Part shown: positions 54,801 through 63,295 of the stretch, piece after piece
Numbering within the stretch: the stretch's first letter is position 1
Layout: every line of letters starts with the position of its first letter
NCBI RefSeq assembly: GCF_006345805.1
Contig: NC_042997.1
Location: 87,296,001 to 87,360,000 of the forward strand
From: Octopus sinensis
Taxonomy: Eukaryota
DNA length: 64,000 nt
Direction of reading: 5' to 3'
The notes under the pieces: generated by a model
What the model saw: only the letters and a program-made list of their open reading frames with translations
Told to the model about the DNA's origin: nothing
The model's database searches: none
Translations under genes and position numbers: made by a program

Positions 54801-55296
54801 TCTATTTCAAGCTGATAATGGTTGTGAGATAAGAAGTTTGCTTCCTAACCACATGGTTCCAGGTTCAGTCCCACTGCATGACACCTTGGGCAAATGTCTT
54901 CTACTAAGCCTCAAGCTGACCAAAGCTTTGTATGTGGATTTGGTGGATGGAAACTGAAAGAAGCCTGTTGTATACATGTGTGAGTGTATGTGCCTGTATT
55001 TGTCCCCCCCCCAGCACTGTTTGACAACCAGTGTTGGCGTGTTTACATCCCTGTAACTTAACAGTTTGCCAAAACAGACTGATAGAATAAGTACCAGGCT
55101 TAAAAAAGATAAGTACAGAGGTTGATTCATTTCAACTAAAAATTCTTCAAGGTGGTGCCCCAGCATGGCCACAGTCTAATAACTGAAACAAGTAAAAGAT
55201 AAAAGATACTAACCAGTCTCCAGAAAATGAGTAGTCTTCACGGACGGTCCCCCACTGGCGTTCAGAGAGGTAGGGCCCAAAGAATTCGTCACCCAT
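1247..55296 (-). CDS. YMR196W-like GH63-related (MGH1-like, six-hairpin) glycoside hydrolase; 16 coding exons in window, 3' end outside window
   Basis: Manual splicing gives one frame with consistent phases and ordered family motifs: [151 protein letters not shown]. Confidence 0.93.
1558..1765 (-). repeat. Coding 24-nt minisatellite, about 4 units (EEESKKEN) followed by about 4 units (EEESEKVS)
   Basis: Plus-strand units ttcctcactaactttctcactttc and ttcctcattttctttcttgctttc are read directly. Confidence 0.9.
3386..6226 (-). mobile_element. 5'-truncated R4/Dong-type non-LTR retrotransposon (RT, CCHC knuckle, restriction-like endonuclease)
   Basis: 791-aa ORF with [34 protein letters not shown] and [14 protein letters not shown]; second frame with ILWD..RPDIV..LIDVSIP..EK..KY; (TAA)n tracts on both sides; one frameshift at 3899..3903. 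Confidence 0.9.
6256..7112 (+). mobile_element. Four head-to-tail tRNA-derived SINE copies separated by (ATT)n
   Basis: Copies at about 6256-6444, 6462-6660, 6686-6892 and 6910-7112 share ctggcagaa..gagttcaaatt..ctttgcctttcatccttt..taagtaccag..ctgggg. Confidence 0.85.
7136..8590 (+). mobile_element. Degenerate RTE-clade LINE, RT region fragment
   Basis: [58 protein letters not shown]; several stops and frameshifts. Confidence 0.85.
9232..9560 (+). mobile_element. tRNA-derived SINE with internal microsatellite (degenerate)
   Basis: Similar to the copies at 21184 and 51833. Confidence 0.7.
10808..10933 (-). CDS. GH63-like gene exon 15 ([13 protein letters not shown]...[13 protein letters not shown])
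   Basis: ttttag acceptor after a polypyrimidine tract, gtttgt donor, 126 nt, phase 0 to 0. Confidence 0.9.
12423..12600 (+). mobile_element. 5' part of a hAT-type MITE (CAGTGGTTCTCAA terminus)
   Basis: Same terminus and internal AT-rich motif as the complete copy at 46295..46905. Confidence 0.6.
13085..14267. repeat. About 1.2 kb compound (TA)n/(TG)n array with a higher-order repeat
   Basis: Direct reading; the motif tagatatgtatatatttgtgtgtgtg recurs five times. Confidence 0.95.
14455..14566 (-). ncRNA. Candidate minimal type I hammerhead ribozyme with extended helix II (Penelope-like remnant)
   Basis: CCGAAGA, GGCC...GGCC, GAAA, near-palindrome ATAGCTGT, GTC triplet; U4C core change and a weak helix I. 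Confidence 0.55.
14940..15484. repeat. (TA)n/(TATG)n microsatellite array
   Basis: Direct reading. Confidence 0.95.
15485..15695 (+). mobile_element. Young-looking short retroposon or RTE 3'-tail copy ending in (GAT)n
   Basis: ggcacgtaaaaagcacc..ggttggcgttaagaaaggcatccag..aaaacggacgctaaacgatgatgat with CpGs retained; more diverged relatives at about 640-812, 3120-3345, 10040-10250, 16075-16260, 29020-29170, 42100-42260 and 46490-46640. Confidence 0.8.
15913..16070. ncRNA. Inverted pair of degenerate minimal hammerhead ribozymes (plus copy 16031..16070; minus copy 15913..15960)
   Basis: Plus copy: ACACATG CTGAAGA AAGGTAACCACCCA GAAA CTCGAG TC. Minus copy: ..CGGGTAACCACCCA GGAA CTTGAG TC CATGTGT. 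Confidence 0.6.
16072..19235 (-). mobile_element. 5'-truncated degenerate RTE-clade LINE (end of APE endonuclease, RT, 3' UTR, (GAT)n tail)
   Basis: [14 protein letters not shown] and PQHRLVV (APE); [38 protein letters not shown] (RT); tail tcatcatcat at 16072-16090 on the plus strand. Confidence 0.88.
19375..19574 (-). CDS. GH63-like gene exon 14 ([11 protein letters not shown]...[10 protein letters not shown]...)
   Basis: ttccag acceptor, gtacaa donor, 200 nt, phase 1 to 0. Confidence 0.9.
21184..21570 (+). mobile_element. Near full-length young tRNA-derived SINE with internal (TA)/(TG) tract
   Basis: Head gtggctgtgtggtaagtagc..ggttccgggttcagtccc, body gcaccttgggcaagtg, tail ccagcatggccacagtcaaatgactgaaacaagtaaaagag; CpGs intact. 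Confidence 0.85.
21726..21885 (-). CDS. GH63-like gene exon 13 ([14 protein letters not shown]...[11 protein letters not shown]...)
   Basis: ctatag acceptor, gtaagt donor, 160 nt, phase 0 to 1. Confidence 0.93.
23092..23215 (-). CDS. GH63-like gene exon 12 (WTN...[15 protein letters not shown]...LAQ), putative catalytic-acid exon
   Basis: tgctag acceptor, gtaagt donor, 124 nt, phase 2 to 0; Asp codon of GMDN at 23149..23151. Confidence 0.93.
25093..25235 (-). CDS. GH63-like gene exon 11 ([18 protein letters not shown]...LLLNYN)
   Basis: ctgcag acceptor, gtaagt donor, 143 nt, phase 0 to 2. Confidence 0.93.
25763..28206 (+). mobile_element. Decayed hAT-superfamily (hATm-like) DNA transposon with imperfect TIRs of about 65 bp
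   Basis: Left cagggatacaactttt..ctgtatcatatttagatgagctttt matches the reverse complement of the right end (tagggatacaactttt..ttgtatcatattctgatgagctttt). Transposase remnants SLHFNGK, IADTTSVNTG, GVVVRLQ, CQHRIL. Confidence 0.72.
29570..29686 (-). CDS. GH63-like gene exon 10 (YAAWDLAFH...YLHPNGQ)
   Basis: ttccag acceptor, gtaaga donor, 117 nt, phase 0 to 0. Confidence 0.93.
30018..30385 (-). mobile_element. Mariner 3' fragment with one TIR
   Basis: [27 protein letters not shown]; terminus ta-tgaaggtcagctgaaaagttc. Confidence 0.8.
30850..30986 (-). CDS. GH63-like gene exon 9 (...RNQHW...[13 protein letters not shown])
   Basis: ttttag acceptor, gtttgt donor, 137 nt, phase 1 to 0. Confidence 0.9.
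32115..32985 (-). mobile_element. Internally deleted RTE LINE fragment
   Basis: [10 protein letters not shown] and ELLYADD joined almost directly to [20 protein letters not shown], followed by 3' UTR motifs. Confidence 0.8.
33338..33467 (-). CDS. GH63-like gene exon 8 (ILSPSW...[17 protein letters not shown]...)
   Basis: tgttag acceptor, gtaaaa donor, 130 nt, phase 0 to 1. Confidence 0.92.
33865..34170 (+). mobile_element. tRNA-derived SINE of a different family
   Basis: tRNA-like head ggtttagtggttagg..gtttgactcctgg followed by ttgtgtccttaagcaagacacttta. Confidence 0.6.
35150..35352 (-). CDS. GH63-like gene exon 7 ([18 protein letters not shown]...NFYTM)
   Basis: tttcag acceptor, gtactg donor, 203 nt, phase 1 to 0. 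Confidence 0.9.
37265..37387 (-). CDS. GH63-like gene exon 6 (CFVAKF...LFTENDS...[10 protein letters not shown])
   Basis: ttctag acceptor, gtaagc donor, 123 nt, phase 1 to 1. Confidence 0.9.
37439..38984 (-). mobile_element. Internally deleted hAT transposon with TIRs and C-terminal transposase remnant
   Basis: TIR cagtggtgggcacag / ctgtgcccactactg; subterminal gttagc repeats; minus-strand FHPKFRL and [11 protein letters not shown] dimerisation-domain remnant; flanks tatatata / catatgta. Confidence 0.8.
39615..40350 (+). mobile_element. Old R4/Dong-type LINE 3' fragment
   Basis: [53 protein letters not shown]; many lesions. Confidence 0.75.
40536..40639 (-). CDS. GH63-like gene exon 5 (DTWSHYSC...HYSE)
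   Basis: tttcag acceptor, gtacta donor, 104 nt, phase 2 to 1; completes the W-x-R-[ND]-T-W-S motif. Confidence 0.85.
40794..41689 (-). mobile_element. Internally deleted mariner element
   Basis: TIR tgaggtagtatcaaaaggttgctggactag versus reverse complement tgaggtggtatcaaaactttcctggactag; remnants [16 protein letters not shown] and [12 protein letters not shown]. Confidence 0.75.
41798..41936 (-). CDS. GH63-like gene exon 4 ([15 protein letters not shown]...LPQIWL)
   Basis: ttcaag acceptor, gttagt donor, 139 nt, phase 1 to 2. Confidence 0.9.
42672..42856 (+). mobile_element. tRNA-derived SINE (same family as the train at 6256..7112)
   Basis: gagctggcagaattgttagcatg..gagttcaaattc. Confidence 0.7.
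44568..44742 (-). CDS. GH63-like gene exon 3 ([14 protein letters not shown]...EYEIVDT)
   Basis: tttcag acceptor, gttggt donor, 175 nt, phase 0 to 1. Confidence 0.93.
44960..45448 (+). mobile_element. RTE-like LINE 3' fragment with (GAA)n tail
   Basis: [10 protein letters not shown] and RGRP motifs; gaagaagaa tail at about 45424-45446. Confidence 0.55.
46122..46286. mobile_element. Small hAT-type MITE
   Basis: Termini tagtgctgcacaa / ttgtgcagctttg; flanks atctaggc / atgtagac (6 of 8 identical). Confidence 0.5.
46295..46905. mobile_element. hAT-type MITE with a nested retroposon
   Basis: TIR cagtggttctcaa / ttgagaaccactg; RTE-tail retroposon inside at about 46480-46830. Confidence 0.75.
49023..49065 (-). 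ncRNA. Degenerate minimal type I hammerhead ribozyme
   Basis: TCTACA TTGATAA GGGTCAAATAGCCT GAAA CTAG TC TGTAGA: perfect 6-bp helix I, ACTAGT palindrome, GTC site; two core substitutions. Confidence 0.6.
49837..51116 (+). mobile_element. Full-length degenerate mariner (DD34D) transposon
   Basis: TA-flanked TIRs (cgaggagtgtatgaaaagttttgagcct versus reverse complement caaggggtgtctcaaaagtcttgagcct); [28 protein letters not shown] with a counted 34-residue spacing; several frameshifts. Confidence 0.92.
51204..51372 (-). CDS. GH63-like gene exon 2 (WKYCTHHDS...GEDGLFG...[11 protein letters not shown])
   Basis: aaacag acceptor, gtaatt donor, 169 nt, phase 2 to 0. Confidence 0.93.
51833..52245 (+). 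mobile_element. Near full-length young tRNA-derived SINE
   Basis: Closely matches the copy at 21184..21570. Confidence 0.85.
52246..53643. repeat. Inverted repeat arms of about 210 bp (52246..52457, 53433..53643) around a 1-kb spacer with an internal direct repeat
   Basis: Arms align as reverse complements along their whole length; a direct repeat of about 140 bp at about 52457-52600 and 52810-52960. Confidence 0.85.
54820..55207 (+). mobile_element. tRNA-derived SINE abutting the exon 1 donor
   Basis: Same family as 21184; the tail ends a few nt from the donor at 55213. Confidence 0.75.
55214..55296 (-). CDS. GH63-like gene coding exon 1 ([27 protein letters not shown])
   Basis: ATG at 55296 with an in-frame TAA five codons upstream; donor gttag; ends phase 2. 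Confidence 0.9.
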
Positions 55297-55737
55297 TGAA
55301 AATTCTTTGATTTACAGATTAATGGGTATAATAAACGTTGAAGTCCCAGTTATTGTTTTCTTATCTATAATTTTAGTGTTTGAAAGTTGATTCTTCTTGA
55401 AGGTTTAAGATATTTCAGCCAAAAATAAAAGAAAAATAATTTTTTAGTATATGCAAAAAAATATAAAATAAATAAATGAATAAATAAATAAAAGGCACAG
55501 AAGTTTTAAAAACAACAAACTTTTTAAAGTGCAACACTGAGTGAAACATGATAGAAGAAAGTATAATTATTACATATTTTATTCATCCCCACAGGATGAA
55601 AGATAAAGCCAACCCTGATAGGATTTAAACTTACAATTCAAAAGAACAAAATAAATATGACAATGCATCTGATCAAGTCCTCTGCTGTGTACATGACTGC
55701 CAAAGCCCAAACTATAATCAATATTGTATATGTGGAA

Positions 55738-55955
55738 GGTGGCAAACTGGCAGAAACGTTAGCATGCCGGGTGAAATGCTTAGCAGTATTTTGTCTGTTT
55801 TTATGTTCTGAGTTGAAATTCTGCTGAGGTCGACTTTGTCTTTCTTCCTTTTAGGGTCAATAAATTAAGTACCAGTTGCATACTGGGGTCAATCTAATCG
55901 ACTGGCCCCCTCCCAAAAAACTTTGGGCCTTATGCCGAAAGTAGAAAAGAATATT
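55738..55955 (+). mobile_element. tRNA-derived SINE (train family)
   Basis: ggcaaactggcagaaacgttagcatgccgggtgaaatgc..gtcgactttg..taagtaccagttgcatactgggg. Confidence 0.8.
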
Positions 55956-58199
55956 GTATATGTGGGAAAATTCTTTGAAACAAAACAAAAATCTGGTTGA
56001 TGTTGTTTAGTCCTTCGTCAGTTCAGTCTGAACAGACTTATGAGTCAAAAGCATTCCAGTGGTGACTATTCAATCTATTTATGAATATATCTAGGACTAC
56101 GTTACTCATGTGTTATAGTTTTTTGAGGGAGACTTGTTATGCCAAGTAAATTGAGCAGAATATACTTAATAATATGTGTATTTCAAGAAAAAAGGAAATA
56201 GAGCTAATTTTTTGAAAGAATCTTTGACGAAGGGACTTCAATTGTTCTCTTACAGACCCTCATCGTAATAACAAGCTGCTTCAAAATGATATTTCTCTTT
56301 AAAGTGCACTGACACCTCTAGCTCTAAATAAGACTAACATCTGTCAAATAATAGAAGCATGAGAAATACAACCTTAATTCTAATATGAAATAATTCATGA
56401 TATGACCCAACTTGAATATGAAGAATATGTTATTCTTGTTAGAGATGGAAGAACAGTGGTATTATCGTCAAAAAATTTTTTATAGAAGTTGTGCATGTCT
56501 AGCATGGTGAGTATAGATGTCTGTTATTTGAAAAACTGTTATCAAGAAATGAAATATGCTTTCATCTGCATAGAACCACGTGCATGGTTAAATGTAACAA
56601 GTAGGTCATAATGTAAAGAAGGAAGAGTGCAATGGTGAGGGGATACACTATACATATATAAGCTAGCAGAGGGAATATATTATATTTAGACAGAGACATG
56701 AATCAATGCATAGATACACCCTATGTATGTGTGTGTATATGTGTGTACATGCCAAAATGATGCAAAACAATCAAACTGGAAAGGTATTTAGTTACATTTA
56801 GGAGGAGATATTCTGTACCAACTTTAGCTTTACAGTAGCAAAAAATTCTCAATGTACTTGTATTAAAAAGCCTTAACCATCTTTACTGTAAAAGCTGTAC
56901 ATGTATGTGTGTATATGTATATATCAAGCATTGTGTGTATGAATATTTTTTGTGCATTTATGTGTGTTCTGCATAGATGATGAGTGTGTGATGTGTATAT
57001 ATGACCACGTGTTGTATCTCCTAGTCGTTGTCATTTAATTGGACATCTTACTTTCAAAAGTTTGATCTACCTCTATCTTCACTAGTCTTTCTCAGCTTAT
57101 GTACACCCAGGAGTTGTCCTTTTTCCATGGTCTCATTGCTATCCAACATGTACTACTTGCTGACATATATTCAACTCATATATATCAAATATTTTTCCAG
57201 ATAATCAGTTATCTCTTCAATTCATTTATTTCCAACAAACTTACATTGAACATCTAATAAATTAAATACAGCTTATTCCTTCCTATTGCTACAGATAATC
57301 TACTTCTATTCCTGTTTTTTCATTTTCATATAGAATAATATTGTCCATCTTTTTTCTGAAAACTACAGCTGGATATACAATGAGGTAAAAATATAGTTGA
57401 ATATTAATTTTTTGAAAATTAATCTCATTTATAGTTTGTAGTGATACAAGATATAAGTATAAAGTCCCCAAATTTTTAGTGGAAAGAAAACAAGTTCTTA
57501 AACCAAGCTATTTACAGGTTATAGACTGCACAATATTTCAAAAGGTTTAAATATCGTAGAGTAGAAATACAAAATATATAGTATATTTAACACTTAAAAA
57601 TATATGTTAAATAGTTTGTTTACTATGACTTTTACAGAAGACCAATACTAATTTTAAAGTTGCCAATCATCATCTTTAACAACTGTTGTCCATGCTGGCA
57701 TGAGTGTGTAGCAATTTGATAATTGCATAACTATATGCCTTATGCTGCCACAGATATATGTTATGAAAAGACACAGCTATTATACAAAGTAGGTCAAAGT
57801 TTCATTTAAGGTAGAATAGATGTGAAAGACATTGACTTTCTTTTGTAGTGACCTTAAATCCCTAAGCTTTAATAAATTGCTTTTCTCGTACAACTATTTC
57901 TTTCAGGGGAACCAATTAAGAAATGACTTGACCTGTTAGAACTAGCAAGCAAATCTCCATTAAATTATTCCCTATTGTCATGAAAAGAGTCAAGAAAATT
58001 CATACTAGAAAGTCAAGCCAAGTACTTTTGTTAATTGGCAGAAATATATATAGAGCAACTCATAATTAGCCTTATATCTCTTTGTAAGTTTGCCAGCATT
58101 GAAAATAATGCTCTTCATGAAGATATATTGGTTAACTCTTGGTAATTCAAGTGATGGTTTTCTAGGTAGAGATTATTGATGTGTGTGCAGGTGAGTAAG

Positions 58200-59131
58200 T
58201 ACTATCCTGATGGCATGGATCGTCTGACAGCTGGTTGAATGGGTTTTGGTAGTGAGTTTTGATTTTACTTGTCTTCCTCCTGCTATGAGATCATACATAG
58301 CAATCTACTCCTTGATGAATGAAGAAACTTTAGGCTGTTTGATCATGAGCCAGAACTTTTCAGTTGTTCATGCTCATGCTACACCTTTTGAATGTTGCAT
58401 TCAGGATGTTGTTCAGCTGTTTTCGTCTTGTTCATTTATATTCCCTCAGCTAGCTACAGATTTTCTAGAGGAAGCAGTTGCTCTCCCTTTGAAAGCAGTT
58501 CTTAGTGCTAGCTGCTTCAGTATTTCCTCTTTGAAAGATGTTAATATTGGTTCTAAATCTTTCTTAGCTGATCATGAGAATGCTATGATGACAGCGCTTG
58601 TGAAAGTCCCTCAATAAGGTCAGATGCCAATGGTAGATGGGATAACAACTATTTTACACAGGAACACTGAGAATACAAGGACTTTATAGCAATCTGAATG
58701 TCTTGGTTGTGAAAAGTCCACATCCAAAGGTGCCTAAAAGCAGTTCTTGCATATTTCAAATGATGTTGGGATTTGCAATCATTGTTAACAGTGACCAAGA
58801 GATGACTCTCCATGTCATCAAAGTTGCTGAAGTTCTGAAGATGGCTGTGATAAATATAGTAAAACAAAAGCACTGGAATAATGCAACAACTCTGTTTAAC
58901 TCTATGACAGACCAGAACAGCAGCAACCATGTTGCTATGAAGAAATCTTAGGATCGTGATGAACTTAGCAGAATATCAAAAAATATCAAGGATCTTCTGA
59001 AGAAAATCACAGGAGACACTGCAGAAAGTCATGAAGAGGTTTTTAAGGATTATGTAGAGGATTTGATTCTGTTCTTAACACTTCACTTAGATCTCACAGG
59101 TTTGAAAGATCATATCCATATCTTCTCTTGA
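58200..59131 (+). pseudogene. Unidentified decayed coding-like segment (about 300 codons, internal stops and a frameshift)
   Basis: ORFs at 58246..58617 and 58703..58951, plus a further 59 in-frame codons after the TAG; non-repetitive protein-like composition; no family recognised. Confidence 0.35.
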
Positions 59132-59479
59132 TAGGTAAAAGCCAATTGAGTCTTATTAGAAACTTCTCTGTTAGTAGTTTAAGCCAATGATTAGGGATGC
59201 TGCCTACAATATTTCCAGTGACTAATAGTACAGAGATTTCTCTGTAGTCGCCACTATCTGCCCTATGTGCTTTCCTTTTGTAGAAAATGAAAATACAAGC
59301 ATCTCTCAGGTTAAAAAAAAAAGACCATGCATAAGAAAAAAAAAAAAACTAGATTCAAAGAGTTTATAGAGAGATTCGAATTATTAACATGTAATGTAGC
59401 TTTATATCAGATTGAAAAATTTTGTGCAGTATATGTTTGATGTAATAAAATACTATATATATAGATATATATAAATATA

Positions 59480-59715
59480 CAGGGTAGGCCAAAAGTCACC
59501 CAACAGTAAATCAAAACTCCATAAATACTTAATATTCAATTTTATTTATTCATTCCAATTATGAATGTTTAATAATTGAACACTATGAGTTAAAATCATG
59601 TTTTTTTTCAACATTTGTCTGTTTATTAGCAAAATTTCATTCAGTTGTTAAACATAAATAGATGTTGGAATTACATGGTTTTGATTTACTGTCAGGTGAC
59701 TTTTGGCCAACCCTG
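59480..59715. mobile_element. Tc1/mariner-type MITE (236 bp)
   Basis: TA-flanked TIRs of about 40 bp: cagggtaggccaaaagtcacccaacagtaaatcaaaac / gttttgatttactgtcaggtgacttttggccaaccctg. Confidence 0.85.
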
Positions 59716-60893
59716 TATATGTCTGATGAATCACAACAGAAAACATAAGTGATTATACTTTCTTTTATTGATCCAGGACAGCAGGTACCTATAAATTTCA
59801 ATTGAAAATTACAAAGTCAATGAAAATCGATATTAAATGAAAAACTTACAAGTGAGTTGAACTGGAAGAGTAAAGGATTGTTTCAAACTAAGCTGATGAA
59901 ACTTCTTTACAATAATCAGTTTATATTAAAATCATTATATTTATTATTACAAATATATTGTCATTGGATTTACTTGTGTCAGATTCATAATAATGATTGT
60001 TATATTAGTGTTAACATATTTAATGCAGGGAGCATTAAAAAGCTAACTAGAAATAATTAATCAGTAAAGAAAAAAAAATTAATCAATGACAAGTATTGTT
60101 TTCATTATTTTGGTAAATATGGAGAAGTGTAGACATAACCAAATTTACTAAAGAAATGACTTGTACTATCCTTTTTATAGTATGTTGTACATCACTTTTA
60201 GTAGTTGAGCAGTGTTTAACAAAAACAGTGAATAGGTCTTAAGTGCATGTAAGCCCTTTAACAACTAATCATAAAGTGGTAAAACCTTTGCCATAATAAG
60301 AAACCTTTTAGTTTGGTAACCAGGAATGGGTTACTAAAATTGTATGTGGGAAAATTTAGGTACATAAATAGATATGTACATGCGCTTATGTATTACTGCT
60401 TCATGGTCTTCACATCACAAGACTGTTGTAAATGAGTCTCTCTGTAATGCAGGCAGTGTTGTTTGTTTCCACTATTGTGAAAACATGTCTGGTCACAGGG
60501 AAATATTACTTCACTTGAAAAACATGAGGGATAGTAATGACAGGAAGGGCATCTGGCTACAGGAAATCTACCACAACAAATTCCATCTGACCCATGCGAG
60601 CATGGAAAAGTAGATGTTATGATGATGATGATGATGATGATGATGATATACAGAAAGGATCAGAGGCATGAAGTATTCAGTATTGCCCTGAACATACTGA
60701 GTGCCTTTTTCATAGCACCAACACCAGGGAGGTCACCATGCAGCTTGCAAAACTAAGAATCCCTTCAACTGAGTAAATTACAGAGGGAGGTGGCTTTACC
60801 CAAGGAGATGAGGTGGTTAAAGTGAGAGAGAAGGGAACCAGAACAGAAAGACCTCTTGCTGTAGAGGAGCTACATAGTCACTTACTGTAATCA

Positions 60894-62148
60894 CAGGGTG
60901 CATTAGGTATTTGAGGACATACCTTTCTTGGGTCATTGCTGCATTTTTTGCTAACTCTGTATAATCTTTGTTTCAGAAAATAATAATGGCAGACCCTCAG
61001 CTTACTCAAGAAATGAAGAGGTATGCTGTTATTGTGGTTATAAAGGCTGAGCATAGTGATTTAGAAATATCTTGAGTTTTAAAAGTTGCCAGACCTTTTA
61101 TCTACAAAGTTTGTAAGGAGCTAGAGACCGAAGATGGAAATGTATAACTAGTATCAAAGCATAAAAAACATTCTAAATGCCCTGAAATCATCAGAACACT
61201 TGAATTTATCCAGGAAGTTCAACAGACCATTGATTACAATCCGAAAAAATCCATGAGGTCAACTGCAAAAGATGTGTCAGAAAGGAACAGTCAGATAAGT
61301 TGTCCATGAAGACTTCAAAGATAAGTCTTGTATGATGAGGAAAGGTCAATTTGTCGGAAAAAGCAAAAGAAAATCACTATATCAGATCTAAAAGGCTCTT
61401 ACACAAACTGAAAAATCCAGCAGAAGATCTGATTTGGTTTTTCGCAAACAAGAAAAACTTTGACCAAGATCAAAAAGTTAACAGAAGAAATGACAGATTG
61501 TTATGTACAAACCCTTTGGAAGTTCCAAGTGTTATGCATACAAAACTTCCTGCAACTGTCATGATTTTAGGGATTGTCAGCAATAAAGGACATGTGATGC
61601 CTCCTTACTTCTTTTCACAAGGCCTTAGAGTTAACTCTGCCACCAACATTGAGGTCCTGGAAATAATTAAGCTCTGGATAGACAGTGTATGCAATGGAAG
61701 GCCATATGTACTTCAGTAAGACTCTGCACTATCACACATGGCTCTAGTAATACAAGAATGGATGGCTGAAAATTTTCATGATCATGTAACCCCTAACATT
61801 TAGTCTCCTAATTCTCCGTATCTCAATACAATGGACTATTACATGTGGAGTGTTGTTGAGAGAGAGGTCAATGAACACACCTATAACACCAAAGATTCTA
61901 TGAAAGCTGCCATAGTCAGAGTAATGTCCAAAATGAACCAGGACCACTTGATTCAAGCATGTAGATGATTTAAATCTCATATAGAAGCAGTTTCTGAAGC
62001 TGAAGGTGGTTTTATTAAACAACATTATAGAAAAGAAGGTTTATTTTTATCCTCATAGCATTCTTTGATAAATTAAATTATTATCTGTTACTATATATTT
62101 GTTTTTTTTATAAATATAAATCTGTCCTCAAATATCTTACGCACCCTG
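60894..62148 (+). mobile_element. Full-length degenerate maT-type (DD37D) transposon
   Basis: TIR cagggtgcattaggtatttgaggaca versus reverse complement cagggtgcgtaagatatttgaggaca; Q*DSALSH...SPYLNTMDYY with a counted 37-residue spacing. Confidence 0.85.
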
Positions 62149-62156
62149 TATATATA

Positions 62157-63295
62157 CAGGGTCTGGACAAAATAATGGAAACACCTAGAATCATAATTTT
62201 GAAATATCTATAAAACTGTCAAAAGCTTGTTTATTTTTATGTTTTTTGATTTATTATTAGTGTTGCTTAATATGTTTTGCTAAAATTGCTGTTTCTTTTC
62301 AGATATCATCAGAAAAAGGTAATTAAAATTCATTAAAATGACATATCTATCAGACTTTCAAAGAGGTCAGATTGAGATTGCTCGTATGGCAGGTGCTAAC
62401 ATAACGAAAACAGCTGAAATGTTTGGTGTATCAAGAAGTACTGTCTCGAAAGCAATGACAGCCTTTGAGAAAAGGGGAAAAAACCTCCTTGTCGAATCAA
62501 AACTTTCAGATAGGGACTACCAGACTCTTACATGAATTGTTAGAAAGGATCACAAAAGTACAGCTCCCAAAATTACTGCAGAGCTTAATGACCACCTCAA
62601 GAACCCATTTTCCACAGAAACTGTTCTTCAGGAGCTGCACAAGGCTGGATTTCAGAGGAGGGCTGCAATCAGAAAACCACTACTTTCAAAAACAAATGTT
62701 GCAAAGTGTTTAGAGTAGAGTAAAAACCTACAGAATTGGTCCCTAGAGCAGTGAAAGAATGTTATTTTCTTGGACGAGTCATCCTTAACCTTTTTTCCAA
62801 CCACTGGTCGAGAGTACATGTGGATACAGCCAAAAGAAGCATTTGACCCAGACTGCCTTCTTCCAACTGTTAAACATGGAGGAGGATCTGTAATGATCGG
62901 GGAGGGGGGGGGCTAAAGTTACATAACTATATAAATCTTAGAAATCCACTGGCCTAATGGTTTCCCTACATGACAGAATTAACAGTCAAGACTATTTAAA
63001 CATTTTATCTGATCAAATTCATCCTATGGTTGCGGAACTGTTTCCAGAGGCAAACACAATCTTTCAGGATTCACACAGTTAAAGTTGTTACTGAATAGCA
63101 TGAGGAACATTCTAGTGAAGTTGAACATCTTATCTGGCCACCACAGTCCCCAGATCTCAATATTATTGAACATTTAAGGTGCATTTTAGAAAAACAAGTA
63201 AGGAGTCGATATCCTCCACCATCATCACTACAAGAACTGGAGACTGTTTTAGCTGAAGAATGGAGAAAAATTCCTTTGGAAACAATTCAAACTTT
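62157..63295 (+). mobile_element. 3'-truncated Tc1-type transposon
   Basis: Left end ta-cagggtctggacaaaataatggaaacacc; LSDFQRGQI..FGVSRSTV helix-turn-helix, IFLDES, HGGGSVMI, WPPQSPDLNIIE. Confidence 0.85.
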
